Part shown: piece by piece, positions 7,438-15,141 of the stretch
Position numbering within the stretch: position 1 is the stretch's first letter
How the letters are laid out: every line of letters starts with the position of its first letter
NCBI GenBank assembly: GCA_029258835.1
Contig: JAPDJY010000060.1
Span: forward strand, 1-15,141
Source of the DNA: Thermoproteota archaeon
GTDB lineage: Archaea > Asgardarchaeota > Jordiarchaeia > Jordiarchaeales > Freyrarchaeaceae
DNA: 15,141 bases
Direction: 5' to 3'
Made by a program: the position numbers and the translations under genes
Notes under the pieces: generated by a model
Told to the model about the DNA's origin: nothing
Database searches by the model: none
What the model saw: the letters and a program-made list of their open reading frames with translations, nothing else

Positions 7438-8223
7438 TCACCGCCACTGGAGGCGGCCCTCACCCTTCCTCCTCACCTTCCCTGCGAGCCAGAGTATTTC
7501 CTCCCTGTCCCTGTATATTTCCTCCCAGAAAAGCCTCCTTATCTCGTGGGCGCCCCTTGAGTTCGGCTCTATAACCTGTTTAAGCCAGAGGGTTGGATCC
7601 TCCGGACGGTAATGTTTAATTTCTGGGTTGTCGTGGTGCATCCCATGCCCTAGGAAGTGGGAGTGGATGTCGACGAGGGTTAGCCTGAACTCTTCTGCCA
7701 CCTCGCTTATCCTTTCATTCCACTCTGCCAAGACCTTCAACCCGTCAGGCCAAGGAGACCATCCTGCATCGTCCAGCATCCCCGTTCCATCGCTGGGATC
7801 ATATATGTTTCCAACGTAGATCCTTGGACGTATAGGGGAAACCATCCTTAGCAAGGATGAGAATAACTTCCTGAGCCTTTCCTTGAACCTGTAGCTTTCC
7901 TCAACACCCTCCCTGAAGCCCACCCCATACCTTGACAGCAGGTCGTTTCCACCCACGGTTACGATAACCACCACGGGGTAGTCTGGTCCTGACGGAACCT
8001 TGGGAAGCTGCCAGCGCATAACCGTGTAGGTTGTCGCTCCATCAGTAGCCAAATTATAGTTTTTAAGGTCGGGTATGAGGCTCAAAAGATCCTTACCTTT
8101 AAACTCAGGGTACACATCATCCAAGTTCCTGTAGAGAAGGGAAGCGGCACCCCAGCCAGGCCCGCCAGCGTAGTAGTCGATGATCATGCTGTCGCCGAGA
8201 GCCACGTAGCAAGGGCAACCCAA
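7438..8223 (-). CDS. SGNH/GDSL-family hydrolase (non-canonical block V)
   Basis: Block I YVALGDS, block II NLATDGATT and block III TVGGND are present. Block V reads VIEPNSRGA instead of DxxHP. Confidence 0.9.
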   Translation of the reverse strand: MGCPCYVALGDSMIIDYYAGGPGWGAASLLYRNLDDVYPEFKGKDLLSLIPDLKNYNLATDGATTYTVMRWQLPKVPSGPDYPVVVIVTVGGNDLLSRYGVGFREGVEESYRFKERLRKLFSSLLRMVSPIRPRIYVGNIYDPSDGTGMLDDAGWSPWPDGLKVLAEWNERISEVAEEFRLTLVDIHSHFLGHGMHHDNPEIKHYRPEDPTLWLKQVIEPNSRGAHEIRRLFWEEIYRDREEILWLAGKVRRKGEGRLQWR

Positions 8224-8493
8224 ATGGGAACCTCCCTAAACGTAAACCCCTAGAATTCTCTAGTTCCTTCATGGAAGAATTTAACGCCTTTAGTTATGTT
8301 AGTTACGGTCTCCATTGTGCCGCCACACTAGTGAATCCTCGTTTGGGTGGTGGTAGCCTACTGCTCACCCCATCACTTTGGGGTGATGAAAGCATTTATG
8401 GTTACTCCAAGACCGGGCGTTTGAGCGTTTTAGTAAGTGTTATTAGTTTATATGGTTTTTAGTGCGTTTGACGGATTGATGGAGGGCTGATGG

Positions 8494-9258
8494 ATGGATG
8501 CTGAGGTTAAGAGTGGAGGTAGGGCTCCGAACGTTACTGCCAGGCTTTACGGTGTTTTGTGCGGTTCGGCTCTTGGAGCCTTCCCGGTTGTTTTAGCCTT
8601 TTGCTACGTTGCATACTTGCTAGCTCCCAGCTTACCCTTGTATGTTTGGATTGCTCTGACGCCTTTCGTGTACTTGGTGGCGAAGTGGGTCTTCAACCTT
8701 ATAGCCTTAGGCTTGATCAGGGCTTCTCTTAGGCCTGTTGAGGAGGGATACTACGAGATGGACCCAGCTAACCCAAACGTTGGGAGCTGGATGCTTAACG
8801 CGTCCCTGACGTCTATGGGACGCTACCTTGTGGGTTTTCTACCCTTAGGTCAGCCTGGGCTTGCAAGCCACGTCCTCAGGATTCTGGGGGCTAGGATCGG
8901 CAGGAACGCTATAGCCTCATCCGTTATAGACCCGCCTTTGGTTGAGATGGGTGAGGGGTCTGTTGCAGGGGGCGGCTCAATAATTTCAGGGCATGCCCTC
9001 GACGGCAAGAAAATATACATTGGAAGGGTTAAGATAGGCAGGAACGTTCTGATAGGGGGAAACACGATAGTTCTGCCCGGGGTTGAGATAGGGGACGGGG
9101 CTGTAGTGGCAGCCATGTCCCTTATACCCAAAAAGACGAAGATTCCTCCGAGAACGGTGTGGATGGGTATTCCAGCCAGGCAGGTCGGCTACGTCGACGA
9201 GGAAGGCAACATAATCATCGAGCAGGGAAAGGATGGAAGCGTAAGCGGGCACATTTAA
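8494..9258 (+). CDS. Membrane-anchored hexapeptide-repeat (left-handed beta-helix) acyltransferase-like protein
   Basis: Two N-terminal hydrophobic helices, then LGARIGRN, VKIGRNVLIGGNTIVLPGVEIGDGAVVAAMSLI and the terminal W.G.PAR motif. Confidence 0.9.
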   Translation: MDAEVKSGGRAPNVTARLYGVLCGSALGAFPVVLAFCYVAYLLAPSLPLYVWIALTPFVYLVAKWVFNLIALGLIRASLRPVEEGYYEMDPANPNVGSWMLNASLTSMGRYLVGFLPLGQPGLASHVLRILGARIGRNAIASSVIDPPLVEMGEGSVAGGGSIISGHALDGKKIYIGRVKIGRNVLIGGNTIVLPGVEIGDGAVVAAMSLIPKKTKIPPRTVWMGIPARQVGYVDEEGNIIIEQGKDGSVSGHI

Positions 9259-9405
9259 TCGGGGCTATAGCCTTTCGAGGCTCTAAGCTTTCGTCCGCTT
9301 CATTTAAAGCAGGGGTCAACAGGTTGAGGGCATCGTTTCCAACGGACTCGTTAACGGGGAAGGCTTTATATTTTCTGAATTTAAAATTTTTTCTGGTGAA
9401 TTGTA

Positions 9406-9645
9406 ATGTTGGAAGAAACGGTAAAGGTTGGAAAAAAGAATATTGTTGTAATACCGTCACGTATCAGGAGGAAGGTTGGAATCAAGGAGGGAGACCTCCT
9501 CAGGGTGCGTGTTGAAGGGGACAAGATCATGATCGAGAAGGTTTCGTCAGACCCATTCAGCGTCTTAGCCGAGGTCATCGGTGAACCCTATAGGGAGGAG
9601 GTTGACGAGGTAAAAGCTGAGAAATGGCTGGAGGATGAGTGTTAA
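9406..9645 (+). CDS. vapB: AbrB/MazE/SpoVT-family antitoxin (VapB-type)
   Basis: VKVGKKNIVVIPSRIRRKVGIKEGDLL is the swapped-hairpin signature. The tail is acidic and overlaps the downstream PIN gene. Confidence 0.92.
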   Translation: MLEETVKVGKKNIVVIPSRIRRKVGIKEGDLLRVRVEGDKIMIEKVSSDPFSVLAEVIGEPYREEVDEVKAEKWLEDEC

Positions 9646-10048
9646 ATTGCCCGTAGCCGACACCGAACTACTTTTTGCGTTGAACCCGAAGGATAGAAGG
9701 CATGAGAAGGCGTTGGCAACATTATCTATGAGGAACTTGAAGGTCCCTGACACGGCGCTCTTCGAGTTCCAGGCAGTTTTAAGGGCGAGAGGGAGGAAGG
9801 CATCCGAGGTTGCGAGGGCCATGGCGGCTCTCAAGCAGGTTTTTGGCAGGAAAATAAAGGAGGCGGCAACGATCACCACGAAATTATTTATGATGCAGGC
9901 TGAAATCGAGGAGAAGTATGGTTTAAGCTACTTCGATAGTTTAGTGGCAGCGTCAGCTTTAATGCTTGACGGCATAGTTGTTTCAGACGATAAAGCATTC
10001 GACAGGGTTGAAGGGCTAAGGAGAGTGCCCTTAGGGGGAGGTAAATAG
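9635..10048 (+). CDS. vapC: VapC PIN-domain toxin ribonuclease
   Basis: Canonical acidic quartet: VADTELL, ALFEF, YFDSL, VSDDKAFD. Confidence 0.93.
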   Translation: MSVKLPVADTELLFALNPKDRRHEKALATLSMRNLKVPDTALFEFQAVLRARGRKASEVARAMAALKQVFGRKIKEAATITTKLFMMQAEIEEKYGLSYFDSLVAASALMLDGIVVSDDKAFDRVEGLRRVPLGGGK

Positions 10049-10092
10049 TTTAAAGCCGATGGAGTCGACGAGCCCTTATAGCGTTTCTGCGT

Positions 10093-10209
10093 TTGGATGC
10101 GGTGCGTTGGATGCGGCGCGGGCACCCGGAGTTTAAGCGTCGCCAGCCACCGTTTTAAGCCGCTCCGTCTGCTTCAGCTTAGAGGGGGTTTAAGCCGTAG
10201 CCATCACCG
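10093..10209 (+). repeat. Cluster of short repeats between convergent vapC and eamA
   Basis: Tandem TTGGATGCGG(T/C)GCG at 10093-10120. Degenerate pair GTTTAAGCGTCGCCAGCCACCG (10131-10152) and GTTTAAGCCGTAGCCATCACCG (10188-10209). TTTAAGCCG also at 10154. Confidence 0.6.
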
Positions 10210-10238
10210 CTTGGCGTCCATACCGCTTTTCATGGTTG

Positions 10239-11192
10239 TTAGAGGGTTCCTGTACTAATTCTCCTTTCTCTTAGCTCTTTCAGGGATAGCTCCTCCTTCT
10301 CCGGCGCTTTCAGGTGGAAGAGGGCTATTCCAGCCACCGTTATGAGGGCGCCGACAACTTGCAAGGGAACTATATATTCCACCTTTAAAATTGCGGCGAA
10401 GAGCATTGCGAAAAGGGGCTGACTTAGAAGGAGGACTCCAGCCATTGTCGGGGAGATGTAGTTAAGCCCGTCTATGAGGAGGTACGTGGGGAAGATAACT
10501 GTTAGAAAGGTGAAGAGGAATATTCCAGTCAGAACCGGCAGTGTGAGGGGTGCCCCCACCCTTAGTGGCGTGGATGTGAGCGCTGCAAGTTCGGGTATGG
10601 CTACGGGTGCGAGGGCTACGCTGCTGATGGTGAATATAAGCGTTGTGAGGGTGGCTTCGTCCACGTTCTCCAGCGACTTCTTGGTGACAACGTTATTCGT
10701 GGAGAAGCCGATCATTGCCAGCACCGCAGCCACCTCAGCCAGTACGCTGCCCGTCGCCATAGAGAAACGTGACACGTGGAAAATCAGTATTCCAGCTATG
10801 GCGACCAGCATGCCGGCTATTTGAGGCTTATTTAGTTTTTCCGCGAAGACGAGGAAGCTGAGGATTGCAACCATGATGGGGGAGAAGGAGTTCACCATGA
10901 CTGGGAGGGATGGGGAGCCGTGGTCGACCGCGTAGTAGAAAAGGATTCGGGCTGAGCCGAAGAGGGCTGCTGGGGCCAGCGCCCACTTCAGGAATGGTTT
11001 GATGCTGCTTATGCTTCCGTCAATTATTTTGAATGGTAGAATGGCTATTCCGGGGACGGCTGCCATGAAGGAGTACGTTAAAATGCTGAAGTCGTAAAGG
11101 TTGAAGAAGAGCTTGGAGCCAGCGGTCGTTAACGCGTACAATGCGGAGCAAAGCGTCACAAGAAACACTCCACTCGATCTCAATGGGATCAC
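10239..11192 (-). CDS. DMT superfamily / EamA-family transporter
   Basis: About 10 TM helices in two repeats, with motifs SPIMVAILSFLVFAEKL and SQPLFAMLFAAILKVE...GALITVAGI. Confidence 0.92.
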   Translation of the reverse strand: MIPLRSSGVFLVTLCSALYALTTAGSKLFFNLYDFSILTYSFMAAVPGIAILPFKIIDGSISSIKPFLKWALAPAALFGSARILFYYAVDHGSPSLPVMVNSFSPIMVAILSFLVFAEKLNKPQIAGMLVAIAGILIFHVSRFSMATGSVLAEVAAVLAMIGFSTNNVVTKKSLENVDEATLTTLIFTISSVALAPVAIPELAALTSTPLRVGAPLTLPVLTGIFLFTFLTVIFPTYLLIDGLNYISPTMAGVLLLSQPLFAMLFAAILKVEYIVPLQVVGALITVAGIALFHLKAPEKEELSLKELRERRISTGTL

Positions 11193-11471
11193 CGTGAAAC
11201 TTTGAAGAATGTGGATGGAAAAGCATCAAAAAGGTTTCGAAGCAAACGGGGCTTCACGAGTCAGATGCAGGGTCGCCGTGAGGCAAAATTGGGGGACACT
11301 ATACGAAGTGGAGGAGGGTTAGTGCAGCTACCCGTATTCAGCGTTTGCAGGGTTAAGTTTCCTTCAACTCGTTTTCGCAACACTCGTGAAAATTTTGGGA
11401 GTTCCATGATGGTTTGCGCCGACCGTCACCCGACGGCCGGGAGAGGGTGAAGGATGCCGCTGTGTGGACCG

Positions 11472-12191
11472 TCATCTAGCTTTCCCCCTCTTACTTATTT
11501 CATCTAGGACTGTGAATATTTCGGAGAGGGATGAGATTTCGTAGTCTGGTATTTCCTCCGAGCTCTTCGGCTCCTCTGAACGGTGCTCCCCCCTCCTGAT
11601 CCTAACCGTTATTAGCCCTGCCCTTTTAGCGGGCCGGATTTCCGTGTTGAGGCGGCAGCCAACGTAGACCGCCTCCCTGTGTGACACGTTAAATGGTTTT
11701 AAGGCTTCCTCGAACACCTTTGGTTCTAGGCGTTCACATCCAACCTCCATGGAGATTACTACGTGATGGAATATGTGCTGCAGCCCGAGGCGGATCAGCT
11801 TCTCCCACTGCTTAACAGGGTTTCCCGGGGACGCCACCCCTATCCTGTAGCCTTGCTCCCTCAACTTTATCAGGGTTGGCACGGTGTCAGGGTATGGTCT
11901 AAGGTAGGCGAACTTCGTGTCATGGTAGGCTGCGACGGCTGCAGCTATTATCCTCGAACTCACTTTCAACCCTAGCCGTTCGAGGGTTCTGTCAAAGTGT
12001 TTGCCATAGTCCCGCCCGTACTCGGCTACGACGCTCTTAAGCACGTTAAAAGTCGTTTCCGGGTCGACCGGTAGGCCTGCCTCAACCATGGCCCTGACGG
12101 CGTTCATCCTTGCAAGGTATGCTTGAAGGGAGGAGTCGTAAAGGACGTCGTCGATGCTGAAGAGGACGCATCTAACGGGCAAGCCTCTCAC
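11472..12191 (-). CDS. HAD-IA family protein (TIGR02253-like) with degenerate catalytic motifs
   Basis: Family-typical AAAVAAYH..KFAYLRPYPDTVPTL..L...GY and KQWEKLIRLGL..F. The four motifs read FSIDDVL, ASPG, CERLEP and VGCRLNTEI. Confidence 0.9.
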   Translation of the reverse strand: MRGLPVRCVLFSIDDVLYDSSLQAYLARMNAVRAMVEAGLPVDPETTFNVLKSVVAEYGRDYGKHFDRTLERLGLKVSSRIIAAAVAAYHDTKFAYLRPYPDTVPTLIKLREQGYRIGVASPGNPVKQWEKLIRLGLQHIFHHVVISMEVGCERLEPKVFEEALKPFNVSHREAVYVGCRLNTEIRPAKRAGLITVRIRRGEHRSEEPKSSEEIPDYEISSLSEIFTVLDEISKRGKAR

Positions 12192-13234
12192 CTTACAACC
12201 TTCGCTAGCTTTTTAGGGTTATCGGGGTTCAACCCCTTTGCAACGGAGAGATAATAGGAGAAGAGTTGGAGGGGGATGACGAAGAATATGGGGGAAAGAA
12301 TTTGTTCAACTACGGGTGGAACGAGGATGCAGCGTTCCCATCCCTCCTGGTCCGTTAGGAGGACTACAGGGGCTTTAAGCTTTTCGAAGCGGTGTGCTAG
12401 GCTGACGCACGCCCCCATGTGCTCGCGGGATGGAACTATTATCATCACAGGGGTTTTCTCGTCTACGAGCTGCATGGGTCCATGAAGAAACTCTCTGGTA
12501 GCGAATCCCTCGGCGAAAACGTTCGCGGCTTCCTTAAGCTTTAACGCCCCCTCTAAGGCTGTTGCGTAGTTTGGCCCGGTCCCAAGGATGAAGAAAAACT
12601 CTGTGCTCTTAAACTCCTCAGCGAGCCTTTCAACCTGACTGCTGGAAGACTTAACTGTTTCGTCTATCTGGCTTGGCAGCCTTGAAAAGAAGCCTTTAAC
12701 CTTGCCAGCCTCCTCTCTACCCTTAGCCTCCCCTAGGGATGAGGAGAGGAGGTATATTGCAACCAGCTGTGAAATGTACGTTTTAGTTGCCGTTACGGCT
12801 TTCTCCTCCCCAGCGGCTGTTTGGAGGACGTGGTCTGAGAGGGCGGCTAGACTGCTCTCAGGGGTGCTCGTGACGGCTACAACCTTTGCCCCGCGCTCCT
12901 TCGCGTACCTGGCTGCGTCCACGGTGTTCACGCTTTCACCCGACTGGGAGACCGCTACTACCAGCGTTTCGGAGCTGACGGGGGACGCCCAGTGGCGGAA
13001 CTCGGATGCGGGAACAGGGGACGAGAACACGCCTGCAAGCCGGCCCATAACGTACTGTCCAACCATCGACGCATGGTAGCTTGTCCCACTACCCGTAAAG
13101 TAAACGAATTTGGTAGGGGAGAGGGATGGTGTAAGCTCCTTAAGGCTTTTAGAGACGCTCTCGGCAGTCCTCCTAGCCGCCTCCCCTTCTTCCCAGATCT
13201 CTCTGAGCATGAAGTGCCGGAGTGAGGCTGTCAA
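12188..13234 (-). CDS. Double-SIS-domain sugar-phosphate isomerase/deaminase (GlmS C-terminal-like, no glutaminase domain)
   Basis: GSGTSYHA, SQSGES, AVTATKTY, EGALKLKE, EFLHGP and C-terminal NPDNPKKLAKVV. It is 348 aa and lacks the N-terminal Cys glutaminase domain. Confidence 0.92.
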   Translation of the reverse strand: MTASLRHFMLREIWEEGEAARRTAESVSKSLKELTPSLSPTKFVYFTGSGTSYHASMVGQYVMGRLAGVFSSPVPASEFRHWASPVSSETLVVAVSQSGESVNTVDAARYAKERGAKVVAVTSTPESSLAALSDHVLQTAAGEEKAVTATKTYISQLVAIYLLSSSLGEAKGREEAGKVKGFFSRLPSQIDETVKSSSSQVERLAEEFKSTEFFFILGTGPNYATALEGALKLKEAANVFAEGFATREFLHGPMQLVDEKTPVMIIVPSREHMGACVSLAHRFEKLKAPVVLLTDQEGWERCILVPPVVEQILSPIFFVIPLQLFSYYLSVAKGLNPDNPKKLAKVVR

Positions 13235-13252
13235 GGTAACAGCTCCACAATG

Positions 13253-14566
13253 CTACTGAGAGTACTTCTCCAAGAACTCTTTTAAGGCTTCATCGTATTC
13301 CCTTTGCCCCCTTAAATCTATAATCTTCTTCGCTTTTCTACCTATCTCAGGTATGCTCCCCTTATCAACCCTGCGCACGAACGTTGGGGTGAAGCATACT
13401 GCGCCGCCAAGCCTCTCAGCCAAGTCCGCCAGCAGCTCAGGCTTGTCCTCGTCTGAGTCTATGTAAAGCTCTATCCTGTCGGCTCCCGACGGATCCTCCC
13501 TGATTACCATGAGGTAGTCCCTTATTCCCTCATGCCTGAAGACAGCCGAGTCTATGGCGAACGGGCTCGTTAGGGCTCCCTTTACCTTTATCAGGCTGTC
13601 CAGCCTGTACTCTGGCGGGAGAACCCTGTAGGTCACCCTTCCACAGCTACACTTATCAGTTATTATGTAAGAGTAGTCCCTTGACCTGTACCGGATGGCG
13701 AGCGTCCCCGTCCTCGTGAGGGTCGTGAACACAAGCTCTCCCTTCTCGCCTTCCCCGACACGCTCCCCCGTGTCTGGGTCGACGACCTCCACGAAGGTGT
13801 GGTCTTCCGGCCAGTGCACTCCGTAGCGCTCCTCACACTCCGCCCCGCTTCCAGCCTCGCTGAGACCGTACCCTACTCTAACCTCTATGTCCCAGAGGTC
13901 CTCTATCTTCTTCCTCTTCTCTTCGGGAAGAGGCTCCCCCAGAACGTAAGCCCTTTTAAGGCTGCTCTCCTTTGGGTCGCCGAAGAGCTCCTCGTAAACG
14001 TACCCCCATTTAAGTATGAACTGGGGTATGCCTATTATTCCGGTTGGCTTAAAGAACCAGATCATCCCTGCCTGCTGCTTGGCTGTTGGCTGCTTCCCGG
14101 CGGGTATGACGATTGCTCCTATCCTCCTTATGGCTTCGTGTATGTCTATTCCCGCGAAGAACATGCCGTATGGCGTCGTGTTCTGGATCACGTCTTTACT
14201 GGTGAATCCCGCTGTGATGAGGTTTCTCGCTTCAAGTGAGGTTTGGACTTCAACGTCATTATTCGTGAAGCCTACTACGGTGGGTGTCCCAGACGTTCCA
14301 GAGGTTGTATGGAACACGGATAGGTTCTCGGGGTCTCCTACAGCCCCCATGTGGTCCTTAACTAAGTCTGCTTTGCTGGAGAATGGAAGCTTAACCAAGT
14401 CGTCTGTGGTTTTTATATCGGAGGGCTTTAACCCTGCCTCCTCAAACTTTTTCCTGTATACACGTGTGTTATAGGCGAGCTTAACAACCCTTCTCAGGAG
14501 CTTGTTTTGAAGCTCCTCAAGCTCTCCCCTAGACACCTTTGGCTCTAACAATTGAATCGCCCTCAA
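13253..14566 (-). CDS. Phenylacetate-CoA ligase family (PaaK-like) adenylate-forming enzyme
   Basis: P-loop HTTSGTSGTP, GEP, YGLSE, GELVFTTL, IRYRSRD, C.CGR and IKVKG. Confidence 0.93.
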   Translation of the reverse strand: MRAIQLLEPKVSRGELEELQNKLLRRVVKLAYNTRVYRKKFEEAGLKPSDIKTTDDLVKLPFSSKADLVKDHMGAVGDPENLSVFHTTSGTSGTPTVVGFTNNDVEVQTSLEARNLITAGFTSKDVIQNTTPYGMFFAGIDIHEAIRRIGAIVIPAGKQPTAKQQAGMIWFFKPTGIIGIPQFILKWGYVYEELFGDPKESSLKRAYVLGEPLPEEKRKKIEDLWDIEVRVGYGLSEAGSGAECEERYGVHWPEDHTFVEVVDPDTGERVGEGEKGELVFTTLTRTGTLAIRYRSRDYSYIITDKCSCGRVTYRVLPPEYRLDSLIKVKGALTSPFAIDSAVFRHEGIRDYLMVIREDPSGADRIELYIDSDEDKPELLADLAERLGGAVCFTPTFVRRVDKGSIPEIGRKAKKIIDLRGQREYDEALKEFLEKYSQ

Positions 14567-14775
14567 ACCACGATTAAAAGGAATTATTTCTTAAAGATTT
14601 CTCTTTTCCCCAAGCTTTTAGCTAAGTTAAAAGAGGGGGATACGGGGTCTCCCCGTGCCGAGAATGGCAATGTTATCGTTATACCATCGTTATAATACTT
14701 CTTGAAGGGAAATCGAAACGTGTATGCGGGCGAATAGTTTGGATGGTGAGGGTTAAGGCTAAGTGGAGAACTACT

Positions 14776-15045
14776 ATGAGCATGGAGTTAGTTGGGTGCT
14801 GTGGGATATATTGTGGTGCCTGCCCCTTTTACAGAAGTAATATTCCTGATTTAGCTAGGAAGCTTGAAGGATGCCTTGAGGAGTGAGAAGTTCAACAAGA
14901 TTGCCGTAGCCTTTGACCGGGTTGGAGATTACAGGGAGTTTAAAAGTGGTTGAATTTTCTTTCTAGTTCTTTCTAAGGGTTAAATGTAGGGGTTGCCAGG
15001 CAGGGGGGAGGAAAACCCTTTTGTAGCATAAGAAGGTGTAGTAGA
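14776..15045 (+). pseudogene. DUF3795-like Cys-rich protein, multiply frameshifted and truncated
   Basis: Stitched reading is MSMELVGCCGIYCGACPFYRSNIPDLARKL/KDALRSEKFNKIAVAFDRVGDYREFK/WLNFL../VKCRGCQAGGG/NPFCSIRRC. CG..C..C, C.GC and C.IR.C form the DUF3795 pattern. Frameshifts lie near 14865, 14945 and 15013, with a 10-bp duplication at 14957-14976. Confidence 0.85.
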
Positions 15046-15141
15046 ACTCCAATCCTACGTGGACGCAGTAGTTGACCATGCCCCTGAATGCCTCAAGGAG
15101 CCCGAGAACATCTTGCGAGGGCTGAAAAAGGAATGCCTATA
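15046..15141 (-). mobile_element. Truncated TnpB-like (IS200/IS605) N-terminal fragment
   Basis: The minus strand reads QPSQDVLGLLEAFRGMVNYCVHVGLE, resembling the LLE.FR.MVN.CI..GLE N-terminal helix of archaeal TnpB-like proteins. It ends abruptly against the DUF3795 relic. Confidence 0.55.

Noticed and set aside
5496-8430. C-box-like GTGATGA at ~5496 and ~8383 as C/D sRNAs
   Set aside because: No properly spaced CTGA D box or terminal stem.
10048-10215. Mini CRISPR array
   Set aside because: Repeats are short, degenerate and irregularly spaced, and no cas genes are present.
11202-11450. 82-aa plus-strand ORF and small hairpin CCGTC-ACCC-GACGG in the eamA-HAD gap
   Set aside because: No recognisable motif or RBS, opposite to the flanking genes, and the hairpin is within chance expectation.
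3738-14474. Remaining short ORFs antisense to or nested in the antiporter, methyltransferase, acidic protein, SGNH, acyltransferase, vapBC, EamA, HAD, SIS and ligase genes
   Set aside because: Shadow ORFs of well-supported genes, with no independent coding signal.
14776-15045. Stop-codon readthrough or recoding (Sec/Pyl) in the Cys-rich gene
   Set aside because: The disruptions are indels and a duplication, not in-frame TGA/TAG at conserved positions.

Overview
Archaeal chromosomal window, probably from a thermophilic TACK- or Asgard-type lineage (inferred from a PolB3-like polymerase, TATA-like boxes, GGAGG/GGTGA ribosome-binding sites and the gene families present). In order, it holds: the 5' ~570 codons of a family-B DNA polymerase (minus strand, missed by the ORF track because it runs off the window); a PIN toxin flanked by two paralogous small HTH antitoxin-like genes; a frameshifted TnpB-like N-terminal relic; a CPA2 cation/H+ antiporter with an unusual winged-helix-like C-terminal tail; a frameshifted SAM methyltransferase; an acidic hypothetical protein; an SGNH hydrolase divergent from a membrane-anchored hexapeptide-repeat acyltransferase; an AbrB-VapC toxin-antitoxin pair; an EamA transporter; a PaaK-like ligase / SIS / HAD operon; and a DUF3795-like pseudogene abutting a second TnpB-like fragment. 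The most notable observations are three intact-looking enzymes with altered catalytic motifs (PolB with degenerate 3'-5' exonuclease and uracil pocket, HAD lacking its nucleophilic Asp, SGNH hydrolase with Glu in place of the catalytic His), the antitoxin-toxin-antitoxin sandwich, and the antiporter-wHTH fusion with a candidate structured RNA upstream. All family calls rest on motif recognition by eye. No searches were run.
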